NCBI RefSeq assembly: GCF_009914755.1
Contig: NC_060938.1
Strand: one strand, 5' to 3'
DNA: 64,000 bases
Origin: the human T2T-CHM13v2.0 reference genome, Homo sapiens
The notes beneath the pieces were generated by a model. The model did no database searches. It was not told the origin of the DNA and saw only the letters and a list, made by a program, of their open reading frames with translations. Positions 13,050-30,300 of the stretch are shown in pieces; within the stretch, counting starts at the first letter, position 1, and the number at the start of each line of letters is the position of its first letter. The position numbers and the translations under genes were made by a program.

Positions 13050-16000
13050 CCTTAACATCTTGACCACAATTAAATGTCAGTTTAATTTTGTTTTCAATAA
13101 CATCTATATTCTATATAATTTTTCATCATAAATTTACCATAATTTCATTACCATAATTTGAGTAAAATGCTGCTAAATTAATACACAACTCTTCAGATTC
13201 TTTTAAGTTGGGTATTCTCAACTGATATAAGCTATTGTTTTTCTTTTGCTCGAGTTCTTTTCCCCTAACTACCTGTCTCTCATTGGATAATTGATGAAAA
13301 GTTATTACTAAAGAGAGTGTTAAAACTAATAATATATTACATAATTCAGAATCTAGAGCAGTTACATGGCACGTACTGAGTTCTAGAAACAAAGATAAGC
13401 TGAATGTGCTAAGTTTTAGATTCTGATAGAGCTATCAACCAAGTTCATTTTAAGAAACTGCCTCAAAGTCAAATTAATTCACCTTAAATTACATTTATAT
13501 GTTAAATTAAAGAAGCTGAAATTTCACAGCAAAGTAATAAAATGCTAATAAGGCTAATGGAAGAAATTCTGCCTTCAAGACACTAATTCAATGATTTTTC
13601 TTTTGACTGGGAACTAAATCACCTAAAGTATTTCAATCTGTTAAACCTTAGCAACATTTAGATCTGATATTTCTGGGTATAAGTAAAATAACATGAGACT
13701 TTAAATAGTACTCTTTTATTGTCTCATTATTGATAAAATTAAGTGGCTAATTCAGATATATAGATAGATAGATAGAAATTTAATTAATTTATTTATTTAG
13801 TTGGTCTTTCTCAGGCATTAAGGAGTTTCATATGAACTTACCAAAATTCCCCTTCCAAATGGGCATGGTAAGGTGACAGGAAACAAAAGCCACTTTGCTT
13901 TATTTACATACACCCTTCAACACAGGCATGCTGAGTATATTGAATCTCAGCTTACTTATGAGTTCGATATGACCAAATATAACATTTGACAACTTTAACA
14001 ACTAATTTCCTTTCAGAATATTTTCTTTCATTTCTTGTTGTTAAAATATTCATAGATATTTCTATAATTAATTAATTATACAAGGAATTGTGAGCCAATG
14101 GCTTATATGATGTTACCTTTTCATATATATATGTATATATATAAATTTGAATTAAGTTGTATGCATGAAGCCAATATGTAGTGTGTCAGATATAATTGTA
14201 ACTATAACTTCTCAAAATATATCATGTTGCCTTCATTTATCTATAGATACTAACAAAAAAATTCATATTTATTGGTAACCAGTAATTTTGCTAAGAATTT
14301 CCAAAAATTGTCAACATGGAAATAAACTACTACTTACATATGACAAAAAGTTTAATACTAAGGCATGAATTTATGGATCTAATTAGAACAAAAGTAAGCC
14401 TAGCATTAGCTTAAAAACTGAGATTTTTATATTTACTAATAATACATAATCAGTTTTTCTACTTGACAGTTATGATAAAATAACAATGGCATAACAGACA
14501 AACTTTTCTGTAGTTTATTAAAACTGAAAATTTCTGTAGTTTTGTTTCTCAGCTTATTAACTAGATACTACTGATTAAAGGTTTTTAAATGATAATTTCC
14601 TCTAAAATATAAGTCAAATATATTTAAATGAGAAAACTCACCCAGAAATTGAAAAAAATTACCTATATTGTCAAAGACACACTCTACTCTCCTTCCACAT
14701 TCACAACATTCCAGTCAGGCCAAGACAATACGATGAATTACTAAGTAAATACAAAATGTTAAATATAATATTGCAACAATCCGGAGTTAATCTGCCTATA
14801 CTGTCAATCACCAGAATAACTCCTGGAGTTCATACATGAACACAGAGCTCTTCTGACTAGACAAAATAAGTTCATGCCCTTTAATCCCAGGGGTTGGCAC
14901 CTTGCCTTTGGCTTCTAGTCTCACTCCAAGATTTTAGATACATTAATAAATTGCTTCTTGATTTAATTGCTCAACTCTCAGTTAACCAGAGGCAAATGAG
15001 AAGAAGGAAAGTAAGAAACAGCAATAAGAAATTGTTTGAAATTTTGAAATGCTTACTTGAAACAACTGATAATGAGGAAATAAATCATAATAACAAATAA
15101 TGCTAAATTATTTGTTATGATTTGTCAGAGCCAACTATGTGTCTGAAACTGTACAGGCATTTGACATTTCACCCAACTTTTACAAGAATGCTTTGACAAA
15201 GGTGCTATCATTGTCATTTTATAGGTGAGAAACTACTCACCTGCTAGTTTCTCAGAGATGTTGAGTGACTTAAGAAGTCAAGCAAAGATTCAAGGATTAG
15301 TCTATTGAACCTCAAAGCTCTTTCTGCAAGAATTAAAAAGCTGAGCCACTATGAACATTTTGTTTAGGGGGAAACAGCTCTATATATTTAATTAGAACTT
15401 TAATGCATTATTACAAGTTTATACAAAACAATTAGATACAGAGTTATCATATTAAAATGACAAAAGAATAAAACATTCTAGGAAGTTTCCTATAAAAACT
15501 TCTGACAAGTCTACTTAAGAAACACATTTCTATAGACTAATTTCAAAACCAATTTTGATTCAGCTGTATTTTCATTTTCCTAGATGAAAGTTGGCTAACC
15601 TAAAGAAGAATATTTTTTAAGTTAACGACGTGAACAAAAGGATGTGATTTTTTAATTGTCATAAACTTTAAATGTTTCGCTTTGTGGTTTATAGAGCATC
15701 TTCTCATATACTTAAATTGAAATATCAAAAGATGGGATGTCTGACACATTAGATATTGGCTTAATAAATATAGGCTAATTCAAATATACATTTGAAAAAG
15801 TAAAGTCATATACTCATAAGCCATTGGCTCACAACCCCAAGGATAATTAAGGCAATTTTCTAAAAATCATAACGTTTTAAAAAATTGCTTATTTTTATTA
15901 GAAATATTATGTTTTTTACAGTCCAGAAAGCCATAATCTCTGAAGAGATTGTGGGAAAATACTGAAGGTTCTAAATATAGAAAGTACAATGAGAGAATTC

Positions 16001-16398
16001 TAAGTGTACATAATACAAACTATTTTTTTTGCTTTAATAATACTAAGGCCCAAACATAATGAATATTATATGAATTCTTAACTGAATATGCCATAAAAAC
16101 AAGTAAAAATAATACAAAATATCAAACAATTTCACACTGTTACCATTGAGAGAATTGAGAAGTTCCTTTGGATTAACTGGAAGAAAAACTAACCAAGGAA
16201 GAGGCAATTTATATGAAAAATGTAACTACTTTTCTAGGATTCTTCTCAATTATTCATTACTGACAAATGACACAAATCAATGGGGGAGATTTCTTATTGT
16301 TCAAAGGGAAGTAGTTTCTTTCCTGAAAATATACATTTTGAATGCATGCTGCTAATCATTTCAGAAGCTAGTCTACTTTAGAAATTTTATGTCAATTT

Positions 16399-17435
16399 GG
16401 AGAGGGCAGCCAAGATGGCCGAATAGGAACAGCTCCGGTCTACAGCTCCCAGCGTGAGCGACACAGAAGATGGGAGATTTCTGCATTTCCATCTGAGGTA
16501 TTGTGTTCATCTCACTAGGGAGTGCCAGACAGTGGGCTCAGGACAGTGGGTGCAGCACACCATGCGCGAGCTGAAGCAGGGCGAGGCATTGCCTTACTCA
16601 GGAAGCACAAGGGGTCAGGGAGTTCCCTTTCTTAGTGAAAGAAAGGGGTGACAGTAGGCACCTGGAATATCGGGTCATTCCCACCCTAATACTGCGCTTT
16701 TCCGACGGGCTTAAAAAACGGTGCACCAGGAGATTATATCCCGCACATGGCTCACAGGGTCCTATGCCCACTGAGTCTCGCTGATTGCTAGCACAGTGGT
16801 CTGAGATCAAACTGCAAGGTGGCAGCAAGGCTGGGGGAGGGGCACCCACCATAGCCCAGGCTTGCTCAGCTAAACAAAGCAGCCAGGAAGCTCCGACTGG
16901 GTGGAGCCCACCACAGCTCAAGGAGGCCTGCCTGCCTCTGTAGGCCCCGCCTCTGGGGGCAGGGCACAGACAAATAAAAAGACAGCAGTAACCTCTGCAG
17001 ACTTAACTGTCCCTGTCCGACAGCTTTGAAGAGAGCAGTGGTTCTCCAAGCACGCAGCTGGAGATCTCAGAACCGGCAAACTGCCTCCTCAAGTGGGTCC
17101 CTGACCCCTGACCCCCGAGAAGCCTAACTGGGAGGCACCCCCAAGTAGGGGCAGACTGACACCTCACACGGCCGGGTACTCCTCTGAGACAAAACTTCCA
17201 GCGGAACGATCAGAGAGCAGCATTCGCGGTTCACGAAAATCTGCTGTTCTGCAGCCACCGCTGCTGATACCCAAGCAAACAGGGTTTGGAGTGGACCTCT
17301 AGCAAACTCCAACAGACCTGCAGCTGAGGGTCCTGTCTGTTAGAAGGAAAACTAACAAACAGAAAGGACATCCACACTAAAAACCCATCTGTACATCACC
17401 ATCATCAAACACCAAAAGTAGATAAAACCACAAAG
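16399..17435 (+). promoter_or_regulatory. L1 5'UTR with internal sense and antisense promoters
   Basis: YY1 site CAAGATGGC at 16411-16419; 1037-bp UTR ahead of the ORF1 ATG. Confidence 0.8.
16598..16852 (-). CDS. L1 ORF0-like antisense ORF, open, 84 aa
   Basis: MVGAPPPALLPPCSLISDHCASNQRDSVG... matches the primate L1 ORF0 N-terminus; ATG at 16852-16850. Expression not shown. Confidence 0.6.
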   Translation of the reverse strand: MVGAPPPALLPPCSLISDHCASNQRDSVGIGPCEPCAGYNLLVHRFLSPSEKRSIRVGMTRYSRCLLSPLSFTKKGNSLTPCAS

Positions 17436-18452
17436 ATGGGGAAAAAACAGAGCAGAAAAACTGGGAACTCTAAAAAGCAGAGCGCCTCTCCTCCTCCAAA
17501 GGAATGCAGTTCCTCACTAGCAACGGAACAAAGCTGGATGGAGAATGACTTTGACAAGTTGAGAGAAGAAGGCTTCAGACGATCAAACTACTCCGAGCTA
17601 CAGGAGGAAATTCAAACCAAAGGCAAAGAAGTTAAAAACTTCGAAAAAAATTTAGACGAATGGATAACTAGAATAACCAATACAGAGAAGTGCTTAAAGG
17701 AGCTGATGGAGCTGAAAGCCAAGGCTCGAGAACTATGTGAAGAATGCAGAAGCCCCAGGAGCCGATGCGATCAACTGGAAGAAAGGGTATCAGTGATGGA
17801 AGATGAAATGAATGAAATGAAGCGAGAAGGGAAGTTTAGAGAAAAAAGAATAAAAAGAAACAAACAAAGCCTCCAAGACATATGGGACTATACGAAAAGA
17901 CCAAATCTACGTCTGATTGGTGTACGTGAAAGTGACGGGGAGAATGGAACCAAGTTGGAAAACACTCTGCAGGATATTATCCAGGAGAACTTCCCCAATC
18001 TAGCAAGGCAGGCCAACGTTCAGATTCAGGAAATACAGAGAACGCCACAAAGATACTCCTCAAGAAGAGCAACTCCAAGACACATAATTGTCAGATTCAC
18101 CAAAGTTGAAATGAAGGAAAAAATATTAAGGGCAGCCAGAGAGAAAGGTTGGGTTACCCACAAAGGGAAGCACATCAGACTAACAGCGGATCTCTCGGCA
18201 GAAATTCTACAAGCCAGAAGAGAGTGGAGGCCAATATTCAACATTCTTAAAGAAAAGAATTTTCAACCCAGAATTTCATATCCAGCCACACTAAGCTTCA
18301 TAAGTGAAGGAGAAATAAAATACTTTACAGACAAGCAAATGCTGACAGATTTTGTCACCACCAGGCCTGCCCTAAAAGAGCTCCTGAAGGAAGCACTAAA
18401 CATGGAAAGGCACAACCGGTACCAGCCACTGCAAAATCATGCCAAAATGTAA
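17436..18452 (+). CDS. L1 ORF1p (RNA-binding/nucleic acid chaperone), open, 338 aa
   Basis: MGKKQSRKTGNSK...NHAKM, full canonical length; REKG and ARR motifs retained, YPAKLS reads YPATLS. Confidence 0.92.
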   Translation: MGKKQSRKTGNSKKQSASPPPKECSSSLATEQSWMENDFDKLREEGFRRSNYSELQEEIQTKGKEVKNFEKNLDEWITRITNTEKCLKELMELKAKARELCEECRSPRSRCDQLEERVSVMEDEMNEMKREGKFREKRIKRNKQSLQDIWDYTKRPNLRLIGVRESDGENGTKLENTLQDIIQENFPNLARQANVQIQEIQRTPQRYSSRRATPRHIIVRFTKVEMKEKILRAAREKGWVTHKGKHIRLTADLSAEILQARREWRPIFNILKEKNFQPRISYPATLSFISEGEIKYFTDKQMLTDFVTTRPALKELLKEALNMERHNRYQPLQNHAKM

Positions 18453-18515
18453 AGACCATCAAGACTAGGAAGAAACTGCATCAACTAACGAGCAAAATAA
18501 CCAGCTAACATCATA

Positions 18516-22339
<3,824 letters not shown>

Positions 22340-24761
22340 ACAATGAGAACACATGGACACAGGAAGGGGAACATCACACTCTGGGGACTGTTGTGGCATG
22401 AGGGCAGTGGGGAGGGATAGCAGTAGGAGATATACCTAATGCTAAGTGACAAGTTAATGGGTGCAGCACACCAGCATGGCACACGTATACATATGTAACT
22501 AACTTGCACATTGTGCACATGTACCCTAAAACTTAAAGTATAATAAAATAAAATAAAAATTAAAAAGAAGAAATTTTATGTTAATTTATTATATGTATGT
22601 GGTGTGTGTGTATATACATAATATATTAAACCTGCTGTACTAGTTTTGCATTTGTGAATTGTTGAGGAACAAAGGTTAATAAAAATGCTTAGAGGATTAA
22701 CTGCAAATATATATAGTAATATTTCATCATAATCAATTCTGTTCCATGGCTAATAGTGTCACAAAGAAGATTCCCCTTGGAGTGCATCCCAGGGATATAT
22801 TACTTAATATACACATTGAGGGGGTTGGGTATTGTAGATTCATAATCCAAAAATATAGTCAAGGACAGCTCCATTTTGATAAAAAAAAAGTTAAAGGCAT
22901 TAAGTAATATTAAAATTCATTTGAAAAGGACCATGGTGTTTTAAAGTAACTGACATGGCACTGTCATTTTCTGGTTTAAAACAAGAAATGCACATTTGGC
23001 AACTCATTAAACTCCCAGGACTTTTCTAGGGCCATTGTTTCTTTCCATATCTAAAAAGCATTCAAGAGCATCTCTACTCGGTCGAGGGCCACAAGGCTGA
23101 CATCAGTGTTTTTTCCCTATTCATAATAGATATTTAAAGCTGGGACTATGCCTGGTATGCCTGGAAACCTTTGACTATATTGCCTTTTATTTGTTTCTAA
23201 CTTTGGGCTCTTGGAGATACAAAATACCTTTTTTCCAGTCTATTTTCTTTAAGAGTTTTACAAAATGCATTGTTCAGTTAATTCACTTATTATATAAAAA
23301 TGTTTCATGTTTACCATTTATGTACCAGGCACTGACCTAGGTATAAGAATAAATAAATAAAAGAACATTTCTACTTTGGAATAACTCACAATTCAATGAG
23401 GCAGAAAGAAACAGAAATATAAGCCATCATCATCTTGTGTCGTGGTGCTATGGGAACTATCAGAAACAATTATGTTATAGAAATGTGATTAACTACACAA
23501 GCTATTCAAATGTATATAGAAACTCAGTCAGAAATAGCAACAAATTCTGCCTGAAGGAATGTAGAGAAGGATACTTTACCTGAGTTTAGAAAGTGAGCAC
23601 TGTTCCAGGTAGAGGGAACAGTATACTGTTGTATACAGTATACAAGTACCTTATACTTGTAGGTATAAGAGAACAAGGTATATTCAGGAAACTGCAAAGA
23701 GCTATCCATTAGAGAGACATATGGGAGTACTGGTCTTAAAAGCAATGAAGATCCACCAGGGACTTTGGTAGATAACCGGTCTATATATCATTAGAATGTT
23801 AACTTGTTTGGTAAACAATTTTAGTTGACAACCTACTGTGCCTAGCCTTTTGTTAGAAGACAAACAACTGACTGTGACCAAAACTCAGTGATTGTCCTCA
23901 TGGGGAAGACAAATATTAAACAAATAATAATAATTAAATAATAATTACATGTGTACAATATTATATGGGGAGCCGAATCAACAGCACTCATAATAAAGTT
24001 TTCATATGTAATAAAAATATTTATACTTATGTTTTCTACTTTTGATAGAATCATTACTTGAGACTTTTACTATTTTTCTTCTATTTATATTTACACTACA
24101 TAGTTCGTTCTACTGTAGCTTAATATTTAAGGTCAAACATCCTCATTTTTTTCATAACTGTTTGACTTTTAAATATTTGTATTATTGCAAGTAAACTATT
24201 ATATATTTGTGAAGACCTGATATATCCATACTATTCAACTCCTAAAATCATGTTCACAACACATCCCTGTATTAATTCGAGTCTCATTTACACATAATTA
24301 AAGGTTTGGGGTTTTCTTTGTAAAATCATTTTTTTATTATATATTTTAATAGGCTACTGTGATATTGGAGATTTAATTATATACACATCACATAAAAGTA
24401 TTTAAAGCACAGAATTATAAGGTTCTATGGTTCACAGAGGTAGGTGAAGAATGTTAAACTAACAATTATAAAAAATTAATTATCAAATTGAAATATTTCA
24501 AATTCAAATATTTCTTCTCACCAAAATATTCTATTGGAGTAGTTACTCACAGATTCATGATACTGAATTATTCTATTTTTTATTCTATCTTAACCAGATT
24601 ATCTTTTTTAGAACTAAATTTGGATATTTCCCTAATTTGCCAATATCTTCTTAGTGACTGTTTTGGGATTGTTAGACATACTTTTATTAGTTATGTTAAT
24701 ATATCTTAATGTGTTCTAATAAATTTGACTTATTTACTCATTATTTTATTCTTATTCTATT

Positions 24762-25790
<1,029 letters not shown>

Positions 25791-25802
25791 TCTTATTCTA
25801 TT

Positions 25803-26245
25803 TATTTAAAATATTTATTTTACTTTAAATTCCAGGATATATGTGCAGAATGTGCAGGTTTGTTACATAGGTATACATGAGCCATCGTGGTTCACTGCAC
25901 CTAGTCATATAGGTTTTAAGTCCTGCATGCATTAGGTGTTTGTCCTATTGCTCTCCCTCTCCTTGTCCCCCACCTCCCAATAGACCCTGGTGTGTGATGT
26001 TCCCCTCCCTGTGTCCATGTGTTCTCATTGTTCCACTCCTATTTATGAGTGAGAACATGTGGTGTTTGGTTTTCTGTTGTGTTTTATTGCAGCATTGGAA
26101 CCAACCTAAATGTCCATCAATGATAGACTGGATAAAGAAAATGTGGTACATATACACCATGGAATACTATGCAGTCATAAAAACAAATGAGATCATGTCC
26201 TTTGCAGGGACATGGATGAGGCTGGAAGCCATCATCGTCAGCAAA
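25803..26245 (-). mobile_element. Second 5'-inverted L1 (L1PA8-like)
   Basis: 3'UTR on minus strand 25803-~26079 (taggttttaagtcctgcatgcattagg), ORF2 end on plus strand ~26080-26245; TSD ttattct(a/g)tt at 25793-25802 and 26246-26255. Confidence 0.85.
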
Positions 26246-27013
26246 TTATTCTGTTATTGAATCCTTTCATTTATATCACTATGCTTTTACTTAATCACAA
26301 ATACATTAATATAACCTTAGCTTGTGATTTTTTAGAAACAAGGGTTTACTACTTCTCACTTCAGATTCATAGATGAAAGTTCATTTTAGTTGAAATTTAG
26401 TTTTATCTTCTCAATTATTTTTTTTCCTACTAAATAAGTGAACATCACGTCTTTTGATCTTTTTTCTCTCCTGATTTCTATTTTCATATTTTGCTTTGCA
26501 AGTCACATTATACTGTTTTTCCTGCAAACCAATATACATCATGAGCTAGTGTGGGTGAAATAAAAATTAAAAAGGCTATGTCCTAAACACAATTTTTCCA
26601 TTAACTAACTTATGTGACATTTGTAAAGTATTTAGACTGATCTGTAATTTTATTCATATTTATATTAAAAAGTTGAAACTGAATTATTTCTTTGTTCCTA
26701 TATATAAACTTCTAATTGCCTACATTTAGTTGCTGATGAACTAATCAAATAGTAACTTTTTCACTTAGTGTTCATTCAAAACTTAATAGTTTAACACGTT
26801 AATCTATGCTAGGAGTTGTTCCAAGTATGTGTGGGAGAAGGCACCCTTAATATTTGATTCTTCTATATATCTATGATATCAGGATAATTATTCTTATCTC
26901 TTTATATAGAATACTCTAAAGGGGTAGATTTTTTTTCTTGTAATAATCATTTCATTGAGGCAGTTTTAATCCTATTGCAGATTAGAATTTTCAACTCATT
27001 TTGATATTGTAAC

Positions 27014-27398
27014 TCTTATAGACTAAGTTATGTACCCCACACCCAAATTAATATGTTGAAGCCCTAACCCCCAATGTGGCTTTATTTGGAAATAGGGTCT
27101 TTAAGGATGTAATTAAAGTTAAATAAGGTCATAAAGGTGGGGTCTTAATCCAATAGGACTGGGATCCTCATAAGAAGAGGAAGAGACACTAGGAGTGTGT
27201 GCACACAGTGGAAAGGCCAGCAGAAGAGGACACAGAAAGAAGCCAGCCATCTGCAAACCAGGAAGAGAGGTTCACTGGAAACCTACAGGGCAGACACTTT
27301 AACCTTGAACTTCCCATCTCTAGAACTGGGAGATGACACATTTCTATTGTTTATACCCAGTCTGCAGTATTGTATAGCAGACTGAGCAGACTAAGACA
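27014..27398 (+). mobile_element. MLT1A-like MaLR solo LTR
   Basis: atatgttgaagccctaacccccaatgtg...gactaagaca; TSD gtaac at 27009-27013 and 27399-27403. Confidence 0.85.
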
Positions 27399-30300
27399 GT
27401 AACCAAAGATGCATACTTTAAGGTAAAATTGGTCTTTGTAGTTGACATTTTGAATTAGTTGAAAATAACACCAACAATTACAAGAACTATAACTGATACA
27501 GTTTTATATTTTCTGCTTTCCTAATGAAATTCATATACAAATCTGCTCTCAAACAAATTAGACTGCTTTTTTGGGTTTTTTTGGGAAACTTTTTATTCCA
27601 TTTGATATTTAAATATGGCTGGGTGTTTCTCAGGTGTGTTCTCACTCTTTACAGAAACTCAATTCAATTTAATTCACTACATGATTTTAGCTTTAATCTA
27701 AATGTTGATGATAATGTCTAATTATTTTTAGCTGACATATCTCCTAAACTGAAATCCAGCTCAAAAAACTGCTTGCTTAGACACATACATTTGGTTGTTT
27801 TCTGAACATTTATATGTATACATGTTCAAAATTAGACTCATTATCTTCCTCTGCATATGGGCTCATCCCTGTTTTTCCAGGGAACTGTATCATCATCTAT
27901 CTAATTTACTACATTTGAGACATCTACATCAGCCTTGATGTATTCTGGTTCAACCGCTGGATCTAATAACTAAGCCCAGCACAGTTGAACCTCTAAGTAT
28001 CTCTCCAATTTTATCACTCTCTACTTCATCTACCACAATTTAGGCCCATCATCTCTTACATTACAAGCATTTCTCCTTTCGGTTTCATTCCACCTGCCCC
28101 TACATTCATTCATCACATTATAGCGAGAAAGAGCTTTCTATATTCCAATTTTGACATTTCAATAGATCCCTACTGCCACAATGTTCATATGTTTTAATGA
28201 GGTTGATAAGATGGTTCATGATCTGCCATAGTTTACCTTTTCCTCCTACTTTAATTCTTACTACTCTTTCATTTTAGTGTGCTCAAATTATGTTGAAATA
28301 ATTATAGCATCTTAAATAAGCAACAGTAATAATTATAGCAAACACTGCAACAATAATTATAATAGCATATTTATTGATCACTTACTTTGGGCTAGGAATT
28401 GCGCAAAACATACACACAAACACATACATATGCATAGCAAATCTCTAAAACATAAATTCGAGATTGTTATTATCGTTAGAGACTATACCAGTATTTGAAA
28501 TAAAATGACCTCCACGAAATAGTTCAGCACCAGAATTCAAATCCAGGTCTTCCTGACATGAAAATCCCCTGGGCTCTCTTGCTTCTGTGCCTTATATATT
28601 ATACTTTCCTCTACATAGAAATCTCCACCTCCCTTTTTGCATCCATAACTCTGACATAGTTCTTGAGGTCTCAACTTAGACATCAATTCCAGGAATATGT
28701 CTTCCATGATAATTCCTCCTGTTAACAAATACTGACTTAAATCCTCTTTCCATGCAATTTAGAGGAAAGACTGTATTTCCTCTATTACACATTCACTATA
28801 TATAATAAATAAATTTTAAAATCTATGTGTGTGTATGTGTATATGTGTGTATGTATGAATGTGGAACAAAAACATTTATTTTCTTAAGTTTTATAATTGT
28901 TTACTGCTTAAACTTCATGCTGTTTTCATATTGTCTTATTGATTTAAACTCTTTTGCTTCGATATTCCTTAATTAAAATGTATTAGTGGTCAATATTTCC
29001 TTGAAAGCTAGTCAAGATGTATTTATTCATGAATGATTGCTTTGTAGATAATAGTAGGGTAAAACAATCAACCAGCTGCAAATTAGAACTCTATTGGGAT
29101 ATTTTAGAACATTTTTTTGTCCATGTAGTTAACCGGAAATCAACCCAGATAATGACAGATTTTATAAATTGATACTGGTATAACTTTGGGTTATATTATT
29201 AAATACCCATGTAGCCCAGATTCATTTCTATGTTCTTTCTTTCTCTTCCCAAGTTCTTACGCTATTTCATCACCTATAAGACTAGCAACATTTGCATTTT
29301 TCAGAGGAAGTTTTGCTATTTGATACCAATATGGCTATATAGAACAAATATTCTATGACACTTCTTTAAAAATACCACTAATTAGATGACACTTAAGGTG
29401 AAATAATTGTTTTACAAAAGTAGAGCATAATATTCTGTCTTTAATTTTTAGTAGTAACAATACCATATTAAAAATTTTTAATTATACTAATAGACTTGTA
29501 GCACATAGAGGACTGAGGTGAATAAAGATGTTTAAAACATATATATCATGAAGGGAACTGAGACACTGATTAATGTTTAACATATAAGGTTGAATATGCA
29601 TGCTAAAATTTTAGTTGTTAAAATATAAAAATAGAATGTGTGAATTTAAAACCCATTAAAAGAATAAATAAAACGAAAACAAATAAATGGAATGAAAGAA
29701 AGAAAATGAAGCAAATAAACCATATAAAATAGAAATAAATGAGTAATATGCTAGAACTATGTCAAATATGTTTAACTTGATAATAAAAGATAAACATTTG
29801 CTTTTCAAAATGTCTAATTATCTTTTACAAGAGACATACATAAAATATGTTAAAATAATTTTATAAAGTTTTTGAATTAAAAAGATGAATAGAATTTTAA
29901 ATAAAAAAGATGAATAGGAAAAGGAAAATATTAACCAGAATAATATTATGGAAGCACTATTAATGTAGAAAAATAAGGCAATAGTTATAAAGTGTGTCAT
30001 TACTTTATAATACAGAATAATTATTCTGGAAAAAATGAAAAACTATATGCCAGGTGGTGTTCTTTAATCACTTAACATGTATTATCTTAATTAATCCTAA
30101 AAGCACCCCTATGCTTTAGGTACTATTAATATTCCCATTTTGTAGTTAATGAAGCTAAAGGTCAGAAAGTTTAAGCAATTTGCCTATTATTACACATTAT
30201 TATGTGATGGCAATATATATACTATAAACATTTGTACACAGTATCAAAATTGACTCGAGAGGGAACAGAAGACATGAATAGAATTATAACTCAATAAAAT

